This document shows, piece by piece, positions 54,942 to 63,913 of a stretch of DNA of 64,000 nt. The translations under genes were made by a program, and so were the position numbers. Within the stretch, counting starts at the first letter, position 1; each line of letters starts with the position of its first letter. Where the stretch lies: contig MFZQ01000003.1 of NCBI GenBank assembly GCA_001789445.1, forward strand, positions 2,796-66,795. Direction: 5' to 3'. The notes beneath the pieces were generated by a model that had not been told where the DNA came from, did not search any database, and was given only the letters and a program-made list of their open reading frames with translations. Origin of the DNA: Candidatus Roizmanbacteria bacterium RIFCSPHIGHO2_02_FULL_40_13b (GTDB lineage: Bacteria > Patescibacteriota > Microgenomatia > UBA1406 > HO2-37-13b).

Positions 54942-55694
54942 TTAGACCGTATTGACAAGTAGATCGGGGCGGCGCGCTTTGGTTATTTCAAACGCTTTGG
55001 TAATTCTCCAGGCACGAATTTGTGCATGGTTCCCCGAAAGAAGTATTTCTGGAACCTTTTTTCCATCAAATTCTTCTGGCCGAGTGAAATGTGGATACTC
55101 AAGAAGTTGAACGGAGACTGTCCCTTCATTTTTTAAGCGAACAAGTTCTTCGTCGTTAGGAACTGCGTTCATGAGCTCATCGAGTTGGACTTCAAAAAAA
55201 CTTTCTTCTTCTGTCGCTTCTTCTTTTTTCAGAACGTTTGGGATAAGTCGAACTACCGAGTCGATGATTGCACACGCGGCAATTTCCCCACCCGTCATCA
55301 CAAAATCTCCAATCGAGATTTCTTCATCGATGTAATCCAGAACCCGTTCATCAACTCCTTCATAATGCCCAGCAATTATCGTGAGTGATGGGAGCTGTGA
55401 GAATTCAACTGCTTTTTTTTGAGAATATATTGCCCCTTTAGCAGAAGTTAGTAAAATTTTACCGGGTAAAGGAATACTTTTTATTGCATCGGTGAGGCAA
55501 TCGACCCGAAGTACCATTCCCGCTCCTCCTCCGTATGGTCGATCATCAACGGAGCCATACTCATTATTTGAAAAGTCACGAAGATTGACTACTTCGAGCT
55601 CTATTTGCTTATTTTTCACTGCACGAGCAATGATACTTTCGCCAAGAAGCGCGTTGATCATATCTGGAAAGAGCGTTATGACGGTGATTTTCAT
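54942..55694 (-). CDS. trmD: tRNA (guanine37-N1)-methyltransferase
   Basis: DDRPYGGGAGMVL and GHYEGVDERV. Confidence 0.9.
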   Translation of the reverse strand: MKITVITLFPDMINALLGESIIARAVKNKQIELEVVNLRDFSNNEYGSVDDRPYGGGAGMVLRVDCLTDAIKSIPLPGKILLTSAKGAIYSQKKAVEFSQLPSLTIIAGHYEGVDERVLDYIDEEISIGDFVMTGGEIAACAIIDSVVRLIPNVLKKEEATEEESFFEVQLDELMNAVPNDEELVRLKNEGTVSVQLLEYPHFTRPEEFDGKKVPEILLSGNHAQIRAWRITKAFEITKARRPDLLVNTV

Positions 55695-55710
55695 GATAGT
55701 ATTATAATGG

Positions 55711-55740
55711 TTAAATTGTTAAATTGCTAAATTGTTAAAT
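55711..55740. repeat. Octamer array upstream of trmD
   Basis: ttaaattg ttaaattg ctaaattg ttaaat, abutting the MITE-like element at 55751. Confidence 0.7.
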
Positions 55741-55750
55741 AATATATACT

Positions 55751-55826
55751 TGTCATCCCCGACTCGATCGGGAATCCATGGATTCCCGCCCCCTGAAGGG
55801 GACCTTCGGCCTTCGCGGGAATGACA
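55751..55826. mobile_element. 76-nt MITE-like element with TGTCATYCCCG terminal inverted repeats
   Basis: tgtcatccccga...tcgcgggaatgaca. The internal ccttcggcc core is the reverse of the ggccgaagg seen at 37148 and 37733. Confidence 0.7.
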
Positions 55827-55838
55827 ATTTTAAGCAAT

Positions 55839-56072
55839 ATGAAAAAACCTGTCTTATTTGCAATAAAAGTCTATCAACGATTTCATATTTTCGATAATCC
55901 GATCTCTCGAATGTTTTTTGGTGCAAATGTCTGTCGCTTTACTCCAAAATGTTCTGATTACTCGTATCAAGCGATTGAGAAATATGGAGTAATCAAAGGA
56001 GGAAAAATTGCACTGATTCGAATTGCGAGATGCAATCCTAGATCTCCCGGAGGCCCCGACCCTGTGATATAA
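55839..56072 (+). CDS. yidD: Membrane protein insertion efficiency factor YidD
   Basis: [19 protein letters not shown] and RCNP. Start moved to MKKPV because the upstream ATGACA is an element terminus. Confidence 0.8.
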   Translation: MKKPVLFAIKVYQRFHIFDNPISRMFFGANVCRFTPKCSDYSYQAIEKYGVIKGGKIALIRIARCNPRSPGGPDPVI

Positions 56073-56088
56073 TATTCATTCAATTCGT

Positions 56089-57147
56089 ATGTTGAAAGAT
56101 ATAGAAAGAGTAGATCGTATAGTTGGTACAACAGTTGTTAAAAGAATGGCCACACCGCCAAATACATTACTTGGATTAGCAGTTCCATTTTCACAAGACG
56201 CTACCTTGGCTGACTTGACAGTTACTTATTTTAATGACGAAACTAATCGCCCAATTATCATCCCTTCCTTAAGAGAGGGACTTGGAGATAGGATTATACA
56301 ATTGCGACATACTGCAGGACTTGCTCGGCATTTTCCACATAAGACGTTTGTGTTTTGGCAAGATGAGTTACGCGGGATAGAAAATTCACCCTACTTTAGT
56401 CTGCCTGAAAATGTACATCCTGAACCAGCATCAAGTGGAGGATCAATTACGCTGCACTTATACTCGCCTGACATTGCACTACAACCATTTCTCTCTTCTT
56501 ACAATTCGAGACTAAAAAATCGTCCATACAATTCACGAGACGTAGATGTGCTGATCAAAATTGCTAGAAATGAAGGTAGGATCAATTATAATCTTTTTTA
56601 TGAACCCATATTTAAAATATCCCCAGATCAAGTAGAAAACCACCCAGTACAATCAGATGTCCTTTGTTTACCAGATGCAATAGCTCTACCGGGTCAAAAA
56701 AGATCAAGAAAGTCTCTTTCACCAGAAACATGGGGAAAGGTTTTTTCACAAATGGACCCCTCCCAAAGACTCGCAATTGTAATTGGAACTGCAAATCCAG
56801 CATATTGCCATGAAGTAGTTCGTGTAGCTCACGAGGTAGGAATGGAGCATGTTGATGAGATTGAAGGCGATATTCATGTTGTCATTGATGCAATTCTTTC
56901 AACGAGAAAGTTTGTTGGAATGGATAGTGGGACCACGCATCTTGCTGCCGAAGTAATTAAAGCAGCAAGAGCAGCAGGGAGAACTATTAACTTTAGAGAA
57001 TTGTTTTTAGATAGTGTTTTTCCATTTACAGACTATGGAATTCCAGATGTTGATGGTTTATTCAAAACACTCGTGCATTACTCAGGTCCATCCGGAGATC
57101 TAGACAGAATCGATCCAGTCGCTGTTGCAGCATTTATCAGCTCATAA
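56089..57147 (+). CDS. Hypothetical protein with GT9-like C-terminal motif
   Basis: The only hint is GMDSGTTHLAAE, which resembles the heptosyltransferase DSGxxHLAA motif. Confidence 0.4.
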   Translation: MLKDIERVDRIVGTTVVKRMATPPNTLLGLAVPFSQDATLADLTVTYFNDETNRPIIIPSLREGLGDRIIQLRHTAGLARHFPHKTFVFWQDELRGIENSPYFSLPENVHPEPASSGGSITLHLYSPDIALQPFLSSYNSRLKNRPYNSRDVDVLIKIARNEGRINYNLFYEPIFKISPDQVENHPVQSDVLCLPDAIALPGQKRSRKSLSPETWGKVFSQMDPSQRLAIVIGTANPAYCHEVVRVAHEVGMEHVDEIEGDIHVVIDAILSTRKFVGMDSGTTHLAAEVIKAARAAGRTINFRELFLDSVFPFTDYGIPDVDGLFKTLVHYSGPSGDLDRIDPVAVAAFISS

Positions 57148-57168
57148 AATAGGAGTATACTAATTCGT

Positions 57169-57675
57169 ATGGAAGCAATTTTGATTGTAGTTATCCGCTC
57201 TGTAATTGTATATTTATTTATCATTGGCGCGATTCGGCTTTTTGGAAAAAAGGAACTTTCGCAACTTTCAGTTATTGACCTCGTATTTGTACTTTTAATC
57301 TCAAACTCCGTTCAAAATGCGATGGTTGGGCCAGACACAACGCTTCTAGGAGGACTCATTGCCGCACTTACACTCTTTCTCGTAAATGCATTTTTAAAGG
57401 ACCTTGTTTTCAAGAATAAAAAATTTGGAGCTTTACTACAAGGCGACCCATTGATGCTTGTGTATAAAGGGAAAATATTTGAAAACCATCTGAAAAAAGC
57501 GAAAATTACAGACGACGAACTTAAAGCAGCAGTTCGAGAGCATGGAGTCAAATCAACAAAAGACGTTGATTTGGCAATTTTGGAGGTTGATGGAAATATA
57601 AGCGTTCTTTCGCATGATTTCACGAAGAAGACGAGAAAAAGGAGAGTCCACAAATCACTTTCGTTTGGGAATTAA
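57169..57675 (+). CDS. DUF421/YetF-like membrane protein
   Basis: RLFGKKELSQLSVIDLVFVLLISN block. Confidence 0.7.
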   Translation: MEAILIVVIRSVIVYLFIIGAIRLFGKKELSQLSVIDLVFVLLISNSVQNAMVGPDTTLLGGLIAALTLFLVNAFLKDLVFKNKKFGALLQGDPLMLVYKGKIFENHLKKAKITDDELKAAVREHGVKSTKDVDLAILEVDGNISVLSHDFTKKTRKRRVHKSLSFGN

Positions 57676-57677
57676 AT

Positions 57678-57917
57678 CTATCTGTTTTTATATGCTATTC
57701 CGAGCTTTGGAGCAAAGATCGACTTAATGACTTTTTTAGGAACTTGGGCAAATATTTGAGGTAAAAATTTCGAGGCATCAAGTATTTCAATTAGAACCAT
57801 TTCTCTTTCTGGTGAAAAATGAACGATAAGACCACCCGTCTGTTCGGCATAATCGATTTTTTTATCATTCAAATCTATCATCAAAACGTCGTCTTCACTG
57901 TTGTAGTTAACTTTCAT
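57678..57917 (-). CDS. DUF2283-like small protein (putative antitoxin)
   Basis: YNSEDDVLMIDL...IEILDAS pattern. Separated by 1 nt from the upstream DUF4258-like gene. Confidence 0.65.
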   Translation of the reverse strand: MKVNYNSEDDVLMIDLNDKKIDYAEQTGGLIVHFSPEREMVLIEILDASKFLPQIFAQVPKKVIKSIFAPKLGIAYKNR

Positions 57918-57918
57918 A

Positions 57919-58176
57919 TTAATAATATCTTCCTTTTTCTGCAGGATATATTGTAATAACTTTTATTATATCACCTTCGAATTTGTATACAACACGTAAA
58001 ACATGGTTTTTATCGAGTTTTTTTGACACGATAATATTAGGCAAATCCGAAATTGAATCAATATGGTCCGGATTTCCAATTATTCTTTTGATCCGTTGTT
58101 CAGAAATTATGATTCCTATCTCTCGTAGTCTAGGAATCTTTTTATCGATAACATGTTTCGTGAATACAAATTTCAT
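57919..58176 (-). CDS. DUF4258-like small protein (putative toxin)
   Basis: FTKHVIDKKIPRLREIGI...LRVVYKFEGDIIKVITIY. Start moved to MKFVF. Confidence 0.6.
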   Translation of the reverse strand: MKFVFTKHVIDKKIPRLREIGIIISEQRIKRIIGNPDHIDSISDLPNIIVSKKLDKNHVLRVVYKFEGDIIKVITIYPAEKGRYY

Positions 58177-58358
58177 ACGGGCCCCCATTCGTCGCAGAAA
58201 ATGTATCAGACAAGTATTGAACTGTCCACGGACTATATGCCGCAAAAAGGTGGTTTTAGATTGATAGAAGAGCTTATTTACTCTGTTATGGCAAACAGTG
58301 GTCATGACGACTAATTTATTTCTAATTGCCTATTACCAGGCTCTGTTATAATAACATC

Positions 58359-59000
58359 GTGAAACCAATAAAGTTATTTATAAGTTATTCTTCAGAAGAT
58401 AACGAAGTAGCAGGCTTAATCAAACAATATGCCGAGTGTTATTTCGGCTTCATTGTTTTTATAGCTCATTCAGATATCAGTGGGTCAATGGAATAGGAAG
58501 GTGAAATAAGAAAAAACCTCGAAGACTCCGATTTTTTTATCCCATTGTTGTCAGATCATTTTCGCTTATCTTTATTCACAGATCAAGAAACTGGAATCGC
58601 AATTGCTTTGAACAAAAAAATTATTCCGATTAAAATAAGTATGAATCCGTATGGATTTATCCACAAACTCCAAGCACTGAAGTGTAGAGGAAAAGAGACT
58701 AGTGATATCTTACATACAATAACATCTATTTTTTACTTATCTATAAATGAAAGCGACTTCATCCAATATCAAAGAAGGGCTATAAATAGTGTTATTTCAG
58801 CATTACAAAAGAGTGGTTCATTTAAGAACACTCGTATCATAGTAAGAACTGTTATGAATATTAAAAACCTTAGTTTAGAAAACTTGGAGAGCATTAAATT
58901 TGCCGTTGAAAAGAATTCTCAGGTTAGAAATGAAGTTTACGCCATCCCAGATTTATTAAAATTCCTTTCTGAGGAATATGCTTATAAAATTACAATTTGA
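58359..59000 (+). pseudogene. TIR-like domain protein interrupted by an in-frame TAG at 58494
   Basis: The frame from GTG 58359 reads KLFISYSSEDNEVAGLIKQY...HSDISGSME-stop-EGEIRKNLEDSDFFIPLLSDHF...TDQETGIAIAL and runs straight into ORF 58545..59000. Confidence 0.6.
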
Positions 59001-59279
59001 AATAGTTAATAATAATGTGTAAACTATGTTTATGAAACATAAGAATAAAACTAGCCATAGTGAAGAGCAAGAATACAAAGAAATAATTAAGTTAATAGAT
59101 GGAGCTTATGAAGATGTAAGAAAATATATTAAATATAATTCTCATAAGGAATCTTCGTATAAAAAGTATACCCAACTTTAATAAACGCACCCGTAGAAAT
59201 GCTTTTTTGTGTGTTAGCCTTTCAAACGAAGAATCATTACTTCCACAAGAACTAAGTCATTGATATAATAAATCTATTC

Positions 59280-59486
59280 ATGAAGAAAGATTTTGATCGG
59301 GCGCTTGCGGATGTTGGAAATATTAATGAAGTAGAGATCGCTGTACTCACACTTCTTGGCAATACGAGAAATCATAAGGGACAGACCAAAGTTTTTTGCA
59401 TTTTGGAAAAAAGTCGTAGAATGTGGCCACATAACCGATATCTTTATGATGCCGCGATGGGAAAAGTCAGAAGGGGCTACGTTTGA
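59280..59486 (+). CDS. Hypothetical small protein
   Basis: ORF only; no motif. Confidence 0.3.
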   Translation: MKKDFDRALADVGNINEVEIAVLTLLGNTRNHKGQTKVFCILEKSRRMWPHNRYLYDAAMGKVRRGYV

Positions 59487-59583
59487 GCATGATAATGCGA
59501 AAAAACGAGGGATGGGTGTGCATTTTATTGAAATAGATGAGGAGATTTCTCGGTTATAAGGACCCCAGAGATTCTATCGCTCG

Positions 59584-59605
59584 CTTCACTCGCTCCAGAA
59601 TGACA
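59584..59605. repeat. CTTCRCTCG...CCAGAATGACA short repeat
   Basis: cttcactcgctccagaatgaca resembles 63267-63289, and its 3' end matches 37113-37125. Confidence 0.5.
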
Positions 59606-59640
59606 CCCTTATTCTTTGATACAATATGCTCATAATTCAT

Positions 59641-60087
59641 ATGAGAATTTACAATAAAAAAGCAACGCGGGATTATACAGTAATCGAAACCTATGAAGCG
59701 GGTATTGCGTTGCATGGGGCAGAAGTGAAGGCTGTGCGTGCGGGAAATATGAAACTTGAGGGTGCACATGTACGATTTATCGATAATGAGCTGTTTCTCG
59801 TAAATTCCGAAGTCTCGATCTACAAATTTGCTCGTCCTGAAGATTACAATCCTACACGCACAAGAAAACTACTCTTACACAAGGGGGAGATTTTACGCTT
59901 GAGAACAAAAATGAAGACGGCAAACAATTTGACTGTTATACCTATAGCATGTTATAATAAGAAGAGCTTATTAAAGCTTGAAATCGCGCTTGTTAAGAGT
60001 AAAAAGAATTGGGAAAAGAAGCGAGTAGAACAGCGTAAAGATGAAGAAAGAAAGATTGAGAAAGAAATGAAGGAATATAGGGGATGA
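59641..60087 (+). CDS. smpB: SsrA-binding protein SmpB
   Basis: NKKATRDYTVIETYEAGIALHGAEVKAVRAG and the basic C-terminal tail. Confidence 0.9.
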   Translation: MRIYNKKATRDYTVIETYEAGIALHGAEVKAVRAGNMKLEGAHVRFIDNELFLVNSEVSIYKFARPEDYNPTRTRKLLLHKGEILRLRTKMKTANNLTVIPIACYNKKSLLKLEIALVKSKKNWEKKRVEQRKDEERKIEKEMKEYRG

Positions 60088-60470
60088 ATGGTATCGACGT
60101 AGAGATCAGCACATTAAAAAATCGCCAGGCCGGACCTATCCGTTAAATAGAAAACTCTAAATGCAGAAGATAATTCTGTAGGTTACGGCTACCAATATGC
60201 ACTTGCTGCATAATCAGTAGTTAGTAACCCGTTTTCTTCACCGTTTTACTCTGTGTTCAACACGAAGAAAGCGAAAACCAATACAGAGTGCGTAGTTTCT
60301 GGATTTTATAGCTAGTTTGCCAGATTCTGCAAAGGCCCCTCGGGGTATACAAACAATTGCTTCCACCGAAAATTGATGATTATATCGGCGGAATACTAAA
60401 TCATCTATGCCTGGCTACACGATTTGCAATGTGCCTTTACGGACCCGGGTTCAACTCCCGGCATCTCCAC
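60080..60470 (+). ncRNA. ssrA: tmRNA (SsrA)
   Basis: 5' GGGGATGAATGGTATCGACG. Tag reading frame 60163-60213 is GCA GAA ... = AEDNSVGYGYQYALAA-stop. 3' T arm CGGGTTCAACTCCCG, and acceptor CATCTCC pairing with the 5' end. Confidence 0.85.
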
Positions 60471-60598
60471 ACTTCGCCCCGTCGGATTGGCGGGGCTTCG
60501 CGTGGCAAGCCACCATTTAAGAAAAAGTTGGGGTCGAGAATAATGGCGAAGTGTGTCCCGCGTAGCTCGAGCGTACGCGAGAAGCGAAGTGGGATTAT

Positions 60599-60835
60599 AT
60601 GTATTACGTATATATTCTTAAACTTTCAGACGATTCATACTATATTGGTTATTCTACTGATCTCAAAAGTCGAATTAAAACTCACAATGGCGGAAGTGTC
60701 CCTTCTACAAAAAACTTTCGACCAATCAAATTAATTTATTATTCAGCGTTCCTTATCCAAAAAAAGGCAACAGATTTTGAAAAATATTTGAAGTCCTCCT
60801 CTGGTTTTGCATTTAGAAATAAACGACTAGTCTAG
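60599..60835 (+). CDS. GIY-YIG nuclease-family small protein
   Basis: MYYVYILKLSDDSYYIGYSTDLKSRIKTHN. Confidence 0.8.
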   Translation: MYYVYILKLSDDSYYIGYSTDLKSRIKTHNGGSVPSTKNFRPIKLIYYSAFLIQKKATDFEKYLKSSSGFAFRNKRLV

Positions 60836-61714
60836 GATTTTATTCATTCCATAGGCGCTGAAAATGATAAGCGCTCCACCCATTAATTCTTTGAGAGTTG
60901 GTAATTCCTTATAAAACAAGAGTCCAAGAGTAATTGCAAATAAAGGAGAGATTATAAGTAAGTTATTTGCAAGTACTGCCTCTATCTTCTGAAAGCCGTA
61001 ATTTGATAGGAATAAGTACGCAACATTAGCGATACCTGCCCCTATAACCGTAGTAATAATGAGAGTTGACCAGGTTGTGATCGATGGTAGCTCTTCATGC
61101 AACATAAATGACGTTGCTATGAGTAATGTGGTACTGATAAAAAACATAAGAGTCGACATTTCATAATTATTAAGAAGATTACCGTGCTTTCTGCGGAGTA
61201 CAAAGCCAAGCGATAAGAAAATACTCGATATAAGTGCCAGTATTTCTCCTGTGCCCCAACTAAAAATGTTTGAATAATCCTGTACAGATATAAGAAGTAC
61301 TCCAGCAAGCCCGACAATGAGATAAATGAGTTTTTGAGCTGTTAGTTTTTCCTTCAGTATGAGAACTCCAAGCAATGCAACGATTGGAAGCGCTCCAATA
61401 AATGAAATCGTACTAATTTTTGCCATACCCACTGATATTGAAAACAGGGTGACACCTAGAAGATATGTTGCAGCAGATCTAACTACAAGTAAAGCCCATT
61501 CATTCATTGAAACTCTCTTTAGTTTCCCAAAATCAAGATTCTTATAAAATAAAACTATACTTAAAATAAAAGCCGCGCCAATTCTAAGATATACCTGTTG
61601 AAGTGGAGTAAACTTCGTGCCAAGGACTCGAGCAAAAAGTCCCATTGAAGCTATAACAGCAGAAAGCACTATTACTGCGATAATCCCTTTCTCTCTTTCG
61701 GATTTTCCTTGCAT
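60827..61714 (-). CDS. EamA/DMT-family transporter
   Basis: Ten hydrophobic spans arranged as two EamA-like halves. Confidence 0.75.
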   Translation of the reverse strand: MQGKSEREKGIIAVIVLSAVIASMGLFARVLGTKFTPLQQVYLRIGAAFILSIVLFYKNLDFGKLKRVSMNEWALLVVRSAATYLLGVTLFSISVGMAKISTISFIGALPIVALLGVLILKEKLTAQKLIYLIVGLAGVLLISVQDYSNIFSWGTGEILALISSIFLSLGFVLRRKHGNLLNNYEMSTLMFFISTTLLIATSFMLHEELPSITTWSTLIITTVIGAGIANVAYLFLSNYGFQKIEAVLANNLLIISPLFAITLGLLFYKELPTLKELMGGALIIFSAYGMNKILD

Positions 61715-61882
61715 ATGGTTGATTATATCACCAGTTCACATCCCTCCATGTGATAAGAGAGAGGAGGTTTATATCGTGCCTACCTGCACATATTGCAATC
61801 GATTACTCCAGTGTATAATGTAGTCGTAAACCTGGTTCCAATTATTTGATACAATGTCCACACCAATAATAAAATCTTGAAC

Positions 61883-62272
61883 CTATTTGACCAATTTTAA
61901 GACATTCTTGTCAAATGTAGCGAAATAGTTGAGTTTATACTGATTAAAAAAAGCAATATTATACGAATCTTCCAAATCAAGCGAGGATTTTCCGAAAATA
62001 GTACATGCCTCTTGTAAAATTTCTCTATTTTCAACATCAAGAAAATTCATCTTCAGAATATTTTGTAAATGATGTACGCACGAAGATTTATTCCTTTTAT
62101 AAAAACTTGATAAAACCCAGTATATTTCAAAAAATACTATTACCGATGTGTATATTTTTACCTGTTCGTTAATTGCTTGCTCGAATAATGTGTATACTTT
62201 TTGGAATTGCGCTTCATTATCTTTTAATAGTAACCGCAGAAAATAATTGGTGTCAATAAAATAAGACTTCAT
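61883..62272 (-). CDS. vapC: PIN-domain toxin VapC (second copy)
   Basis: MKSYFIDTNYFLRLLLKDN. Its start overlaps the stop of the upstream AbrB-type gene by 4 nt. Confidence 0.75.
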   Translation of the reverse strand: MKSYFIDTNYFLRLLLKDNEAQFQKVYTLFEQAINEQVKIYTSVIVFFEIYWVLSSFYKRNKSSCVHHLQNILKMNFLDVENREILQEACTIFGKSSLDLEDSYNIAFFNQYKLNYFATFDKNVLKLVK

Positions 62273-62520
62273 ACTGTACCTTGAAAATATACTTGTTTTG
62301 ACTTTTTAATAATATAATTGAGGGATTTTTTTTTATACTTTCTAGGAAGTTGTACTGATCCAGCAACCGTATCCAGTAATAGTTGCGCCTTACTTAGTGT
62401 AAGTGTATTATTTTTTACCTCAACAACTAGTTTGTCTCCTTGCGACAATCCTAGTAATGAATAAACGGCCGCCGGAATAGTGACTTGGCGTTTACTTGAT
62501 ATCCTTACACTAGTATACAT
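62269..62520 (-). CDS. vapB: AbrB/SpoVT-type antitoxin VapB (second copy)
   Basis: RISSKRQVTIPAAVYSLLGLSQGDKLVVEV. Start moved to MYTSVRI. Confidence 0.7.
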   Translation of the reverse strand: MYTSVRISSKRQVTIPAAVYSLLGLSQGDKLVVEVKNNTLTLSKAQLLLDTVAGSVQLPRKYKKKSLNYIIKKSKQVYFQGTV

Positions 62521-62592
62521 CGTAAGGAAAATATAGCATGGTAAGGAGACGATGTCAAGGGGTATTTTATAAGTTCTTGGTACAATAATCAC

Positions 62593-63912
62593 ATGGCTTC
62601 TCGCATAAATAGTATTCTGGTCTTCCTACTTCTTCTTTTCCTCCCAACCCAACTCGGAAAACACTTCTTCATGGATTTTTCGTTCATAAACGGAGTACGC
62701 ATCGATTATCTTGCTCCAACGTTCTATTTGGTAGACATACTCGCTCTTTTACTCATCGCTTTTAACTGGAAAGTAATATGGAGGAAAATTGTTAAATTGT
62801 TAAATTGTTATATTGCTACATCGTTAAATTGTTTGATTGGTCTTCTGTTACTGGTTGGGATAAATGTGATAGGTGCAAAGGAACCCATGATGGGGCTATA
62901 TGTGGTGGGGAGGTTGGTGGAGATGTATGCGTTGTTTGTGGTGTTTAGTGGGAGATCCCGAAACGAGTTCGGGATGACGAAGGGGTCGTTTGGGATGACA
63001 GTTTTAGTGCCACTCTTTATTGGATCAGTCGTTGAGCTCTTTTTATCGCTTTCCCAGCTTATCACCCAGCATTCTTTGCAAGGAATCTTCTATTTTTTGG
63101 GAGAACGAGCGTTTAGTGTGAGTACTCCGGGAATTGCGACAATATCTATGTTTGGAAACCAGGTTTTGCGGGCATATGGCACATTTTCGCATCCGAATAG
63201 TATGGGAGGATTCTATTTGCTCCTCTACGTATTTGTGTTGTTCACACCGAGATTCTTCTCCCTCGACTTCGCTCGGGATCAGAATGACAAGGAGGTGGGA
63301 TCCCGAAACAAGTTTGGGATGACGACTTTACTTCGTTTTGGAATATTGGTGATATCGAGCTGTCTTATTCTGATTTCTTTTTCCAAGGTCGCGATTGTGT
63401 GTTTTGTACTCGTTAATGCGTATTCTTCACTGAAAGAGCTGAAGCTTGACTGCCGGTTTTGTAAGTTTGCGAGGGTATTTATTTTAGGAGTAGTTTCTCT
63501 CATATTCTTAAGTGGACAATCTGACATTTTGTCATGGGATAAACGAGTATTGTTGATAAAACAATCATTTGAATTAATAGCACAACATCCTTTATTTGGT
63601 GTAGGTCTGGGAAATTCCCTATATTACCAATCGGGGCTTTTGAGCAAGCTTCCGTACTCATTTATACAACCAGTCCACAATATTTTCCTTCTTTTTGTAA
63701 CAGAAGTTGGAATAGTTATTACCGGAGCAATCGTTTATCGGATGTGGAGATCCCGAAACAAGTTCGGGATGACTAGTATGAGAATAGTATTGCTCGTTAT
63801 CGTCATAACGGGATTTTTCGACCATTACTGGCTAACACTCATTCAAAACCAGATACTGATAGGAGTTATTCTCGGAATGTGTATGAGGTATCCCGAAACA
63901 AGTTCGGGATGA
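62593..63912 (+). CDS. O-antigen ligase (Wzy_C)-like polytopic membrane protein riddled with repeat elements
   Basis: Many TM spans, GTFSHPNSMGG and QPVHNIFLLFVTEVG ligase-like motifs. The frame stays open across three type A hairpin elements, one CAGAATGACA element and an octamer array. A fourth type A copy supplies the TGA stop codon. Confidence 0.65.
   Translation: MASRINSILVFLLLLFLPTQLGKHFFMDFSFINGVRIDYLAPTFYLVDILALLLIAFNWKVIWRKIVKLLNCYIATSLNCLIGLLLLVGINVIGAKEPMMGLYVVGRLVEMYALFVVFSGRSRNEFGMTKGSFGMTVLVPLFIGSVVELFLSLSQLITQHSLQGIFYFLGERAFSVSTPGIATISMFGNQVLRAYGTFSHPNSMGGFYLLLYVFVLFTPRFFSLDFARDQNDKEVGSRNKFGMTTLLRFGILVISSCLILISFSKVAIVCFVLVNAYSSLKELKLDCRFCKFARVFILGVVSLIFLSGQSDILSWDKRVLLIKQSFELIAQHPLFGVGLGNSLYYQSGLLSKLPYSFIQPVHNIFLLFVTEVGIVITGAIVYRMWRSRNKFGMTSMRIVLLVIVITGFFDHYWLTLIQNQILIGVILGMCMRYPETSSG
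62787..62840. repeat. Octamer array inside the ligase-like ORF
   Basis: aaaattgt taaattgt taaattgt tatattgc tacatcgt taaattgt ttgattgg, translated as KIVKLLNCYIATSLNCLIG. Confidence 0.7.
62954..62999 (+). mobile_element. Type A hairpin element plus a half copy, in frame
   Basis: gatcccgaaacgagttcgggatgac followed by gaaggggtcgtttgggatgac, translated as RSRNEFGMTKGSFGMT. Confidence 0.7.
63267..63323 (+). mobile_element. CAGAATGACA-type repeat followed by a type A hairpin element, in frame
   Basis: cttcgctcgggatcagaatgaca, then gatcccgaaacaagtttgggatgac, translated as GSRNKFGMT. Confidence 0.7.
63749..63773 (+). mobile_element. Type A hairpin element, in frame
   Basis: gatcccgaaacaagttcgggatgac, translated as RSRNKFGMT. 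Confidence 0.7.
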
Positions 63913-63913
63913 C
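63889..63913 (+). mobile_element. Type A hairpin element supplying the stop codon
   Basis: tatcccgaaacaagttcgggatgac is read in a different frame (YPETSSG-stop). The TGA at 63910 lies inside the element. Confidence 0.7.

Noticed and set aside
58494-58496. Alternative genetic code (stop-codon reassignment) to explain the in-frame TAG in the TIR-like gene
   Set aside because: TAG, TGA and TAA all terminate conserved genes at the expected lengths. pstB and the PurN-like gene end with TAG; smpB, the DGR-2 target and ORF 579..920 end with TGA; DGR-1 avd ends with TAA. No other conserved gene here needs read-through. A nonsense mutation is the simpler explanation.
11773-62840. Octamer TTAAATTG arrays as a CRISPR array
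   Set aside because: The units are 8 nt with no spacers, the arrays hold 3-7 units, and there are no cas genes. This is not CRISPR architecture.
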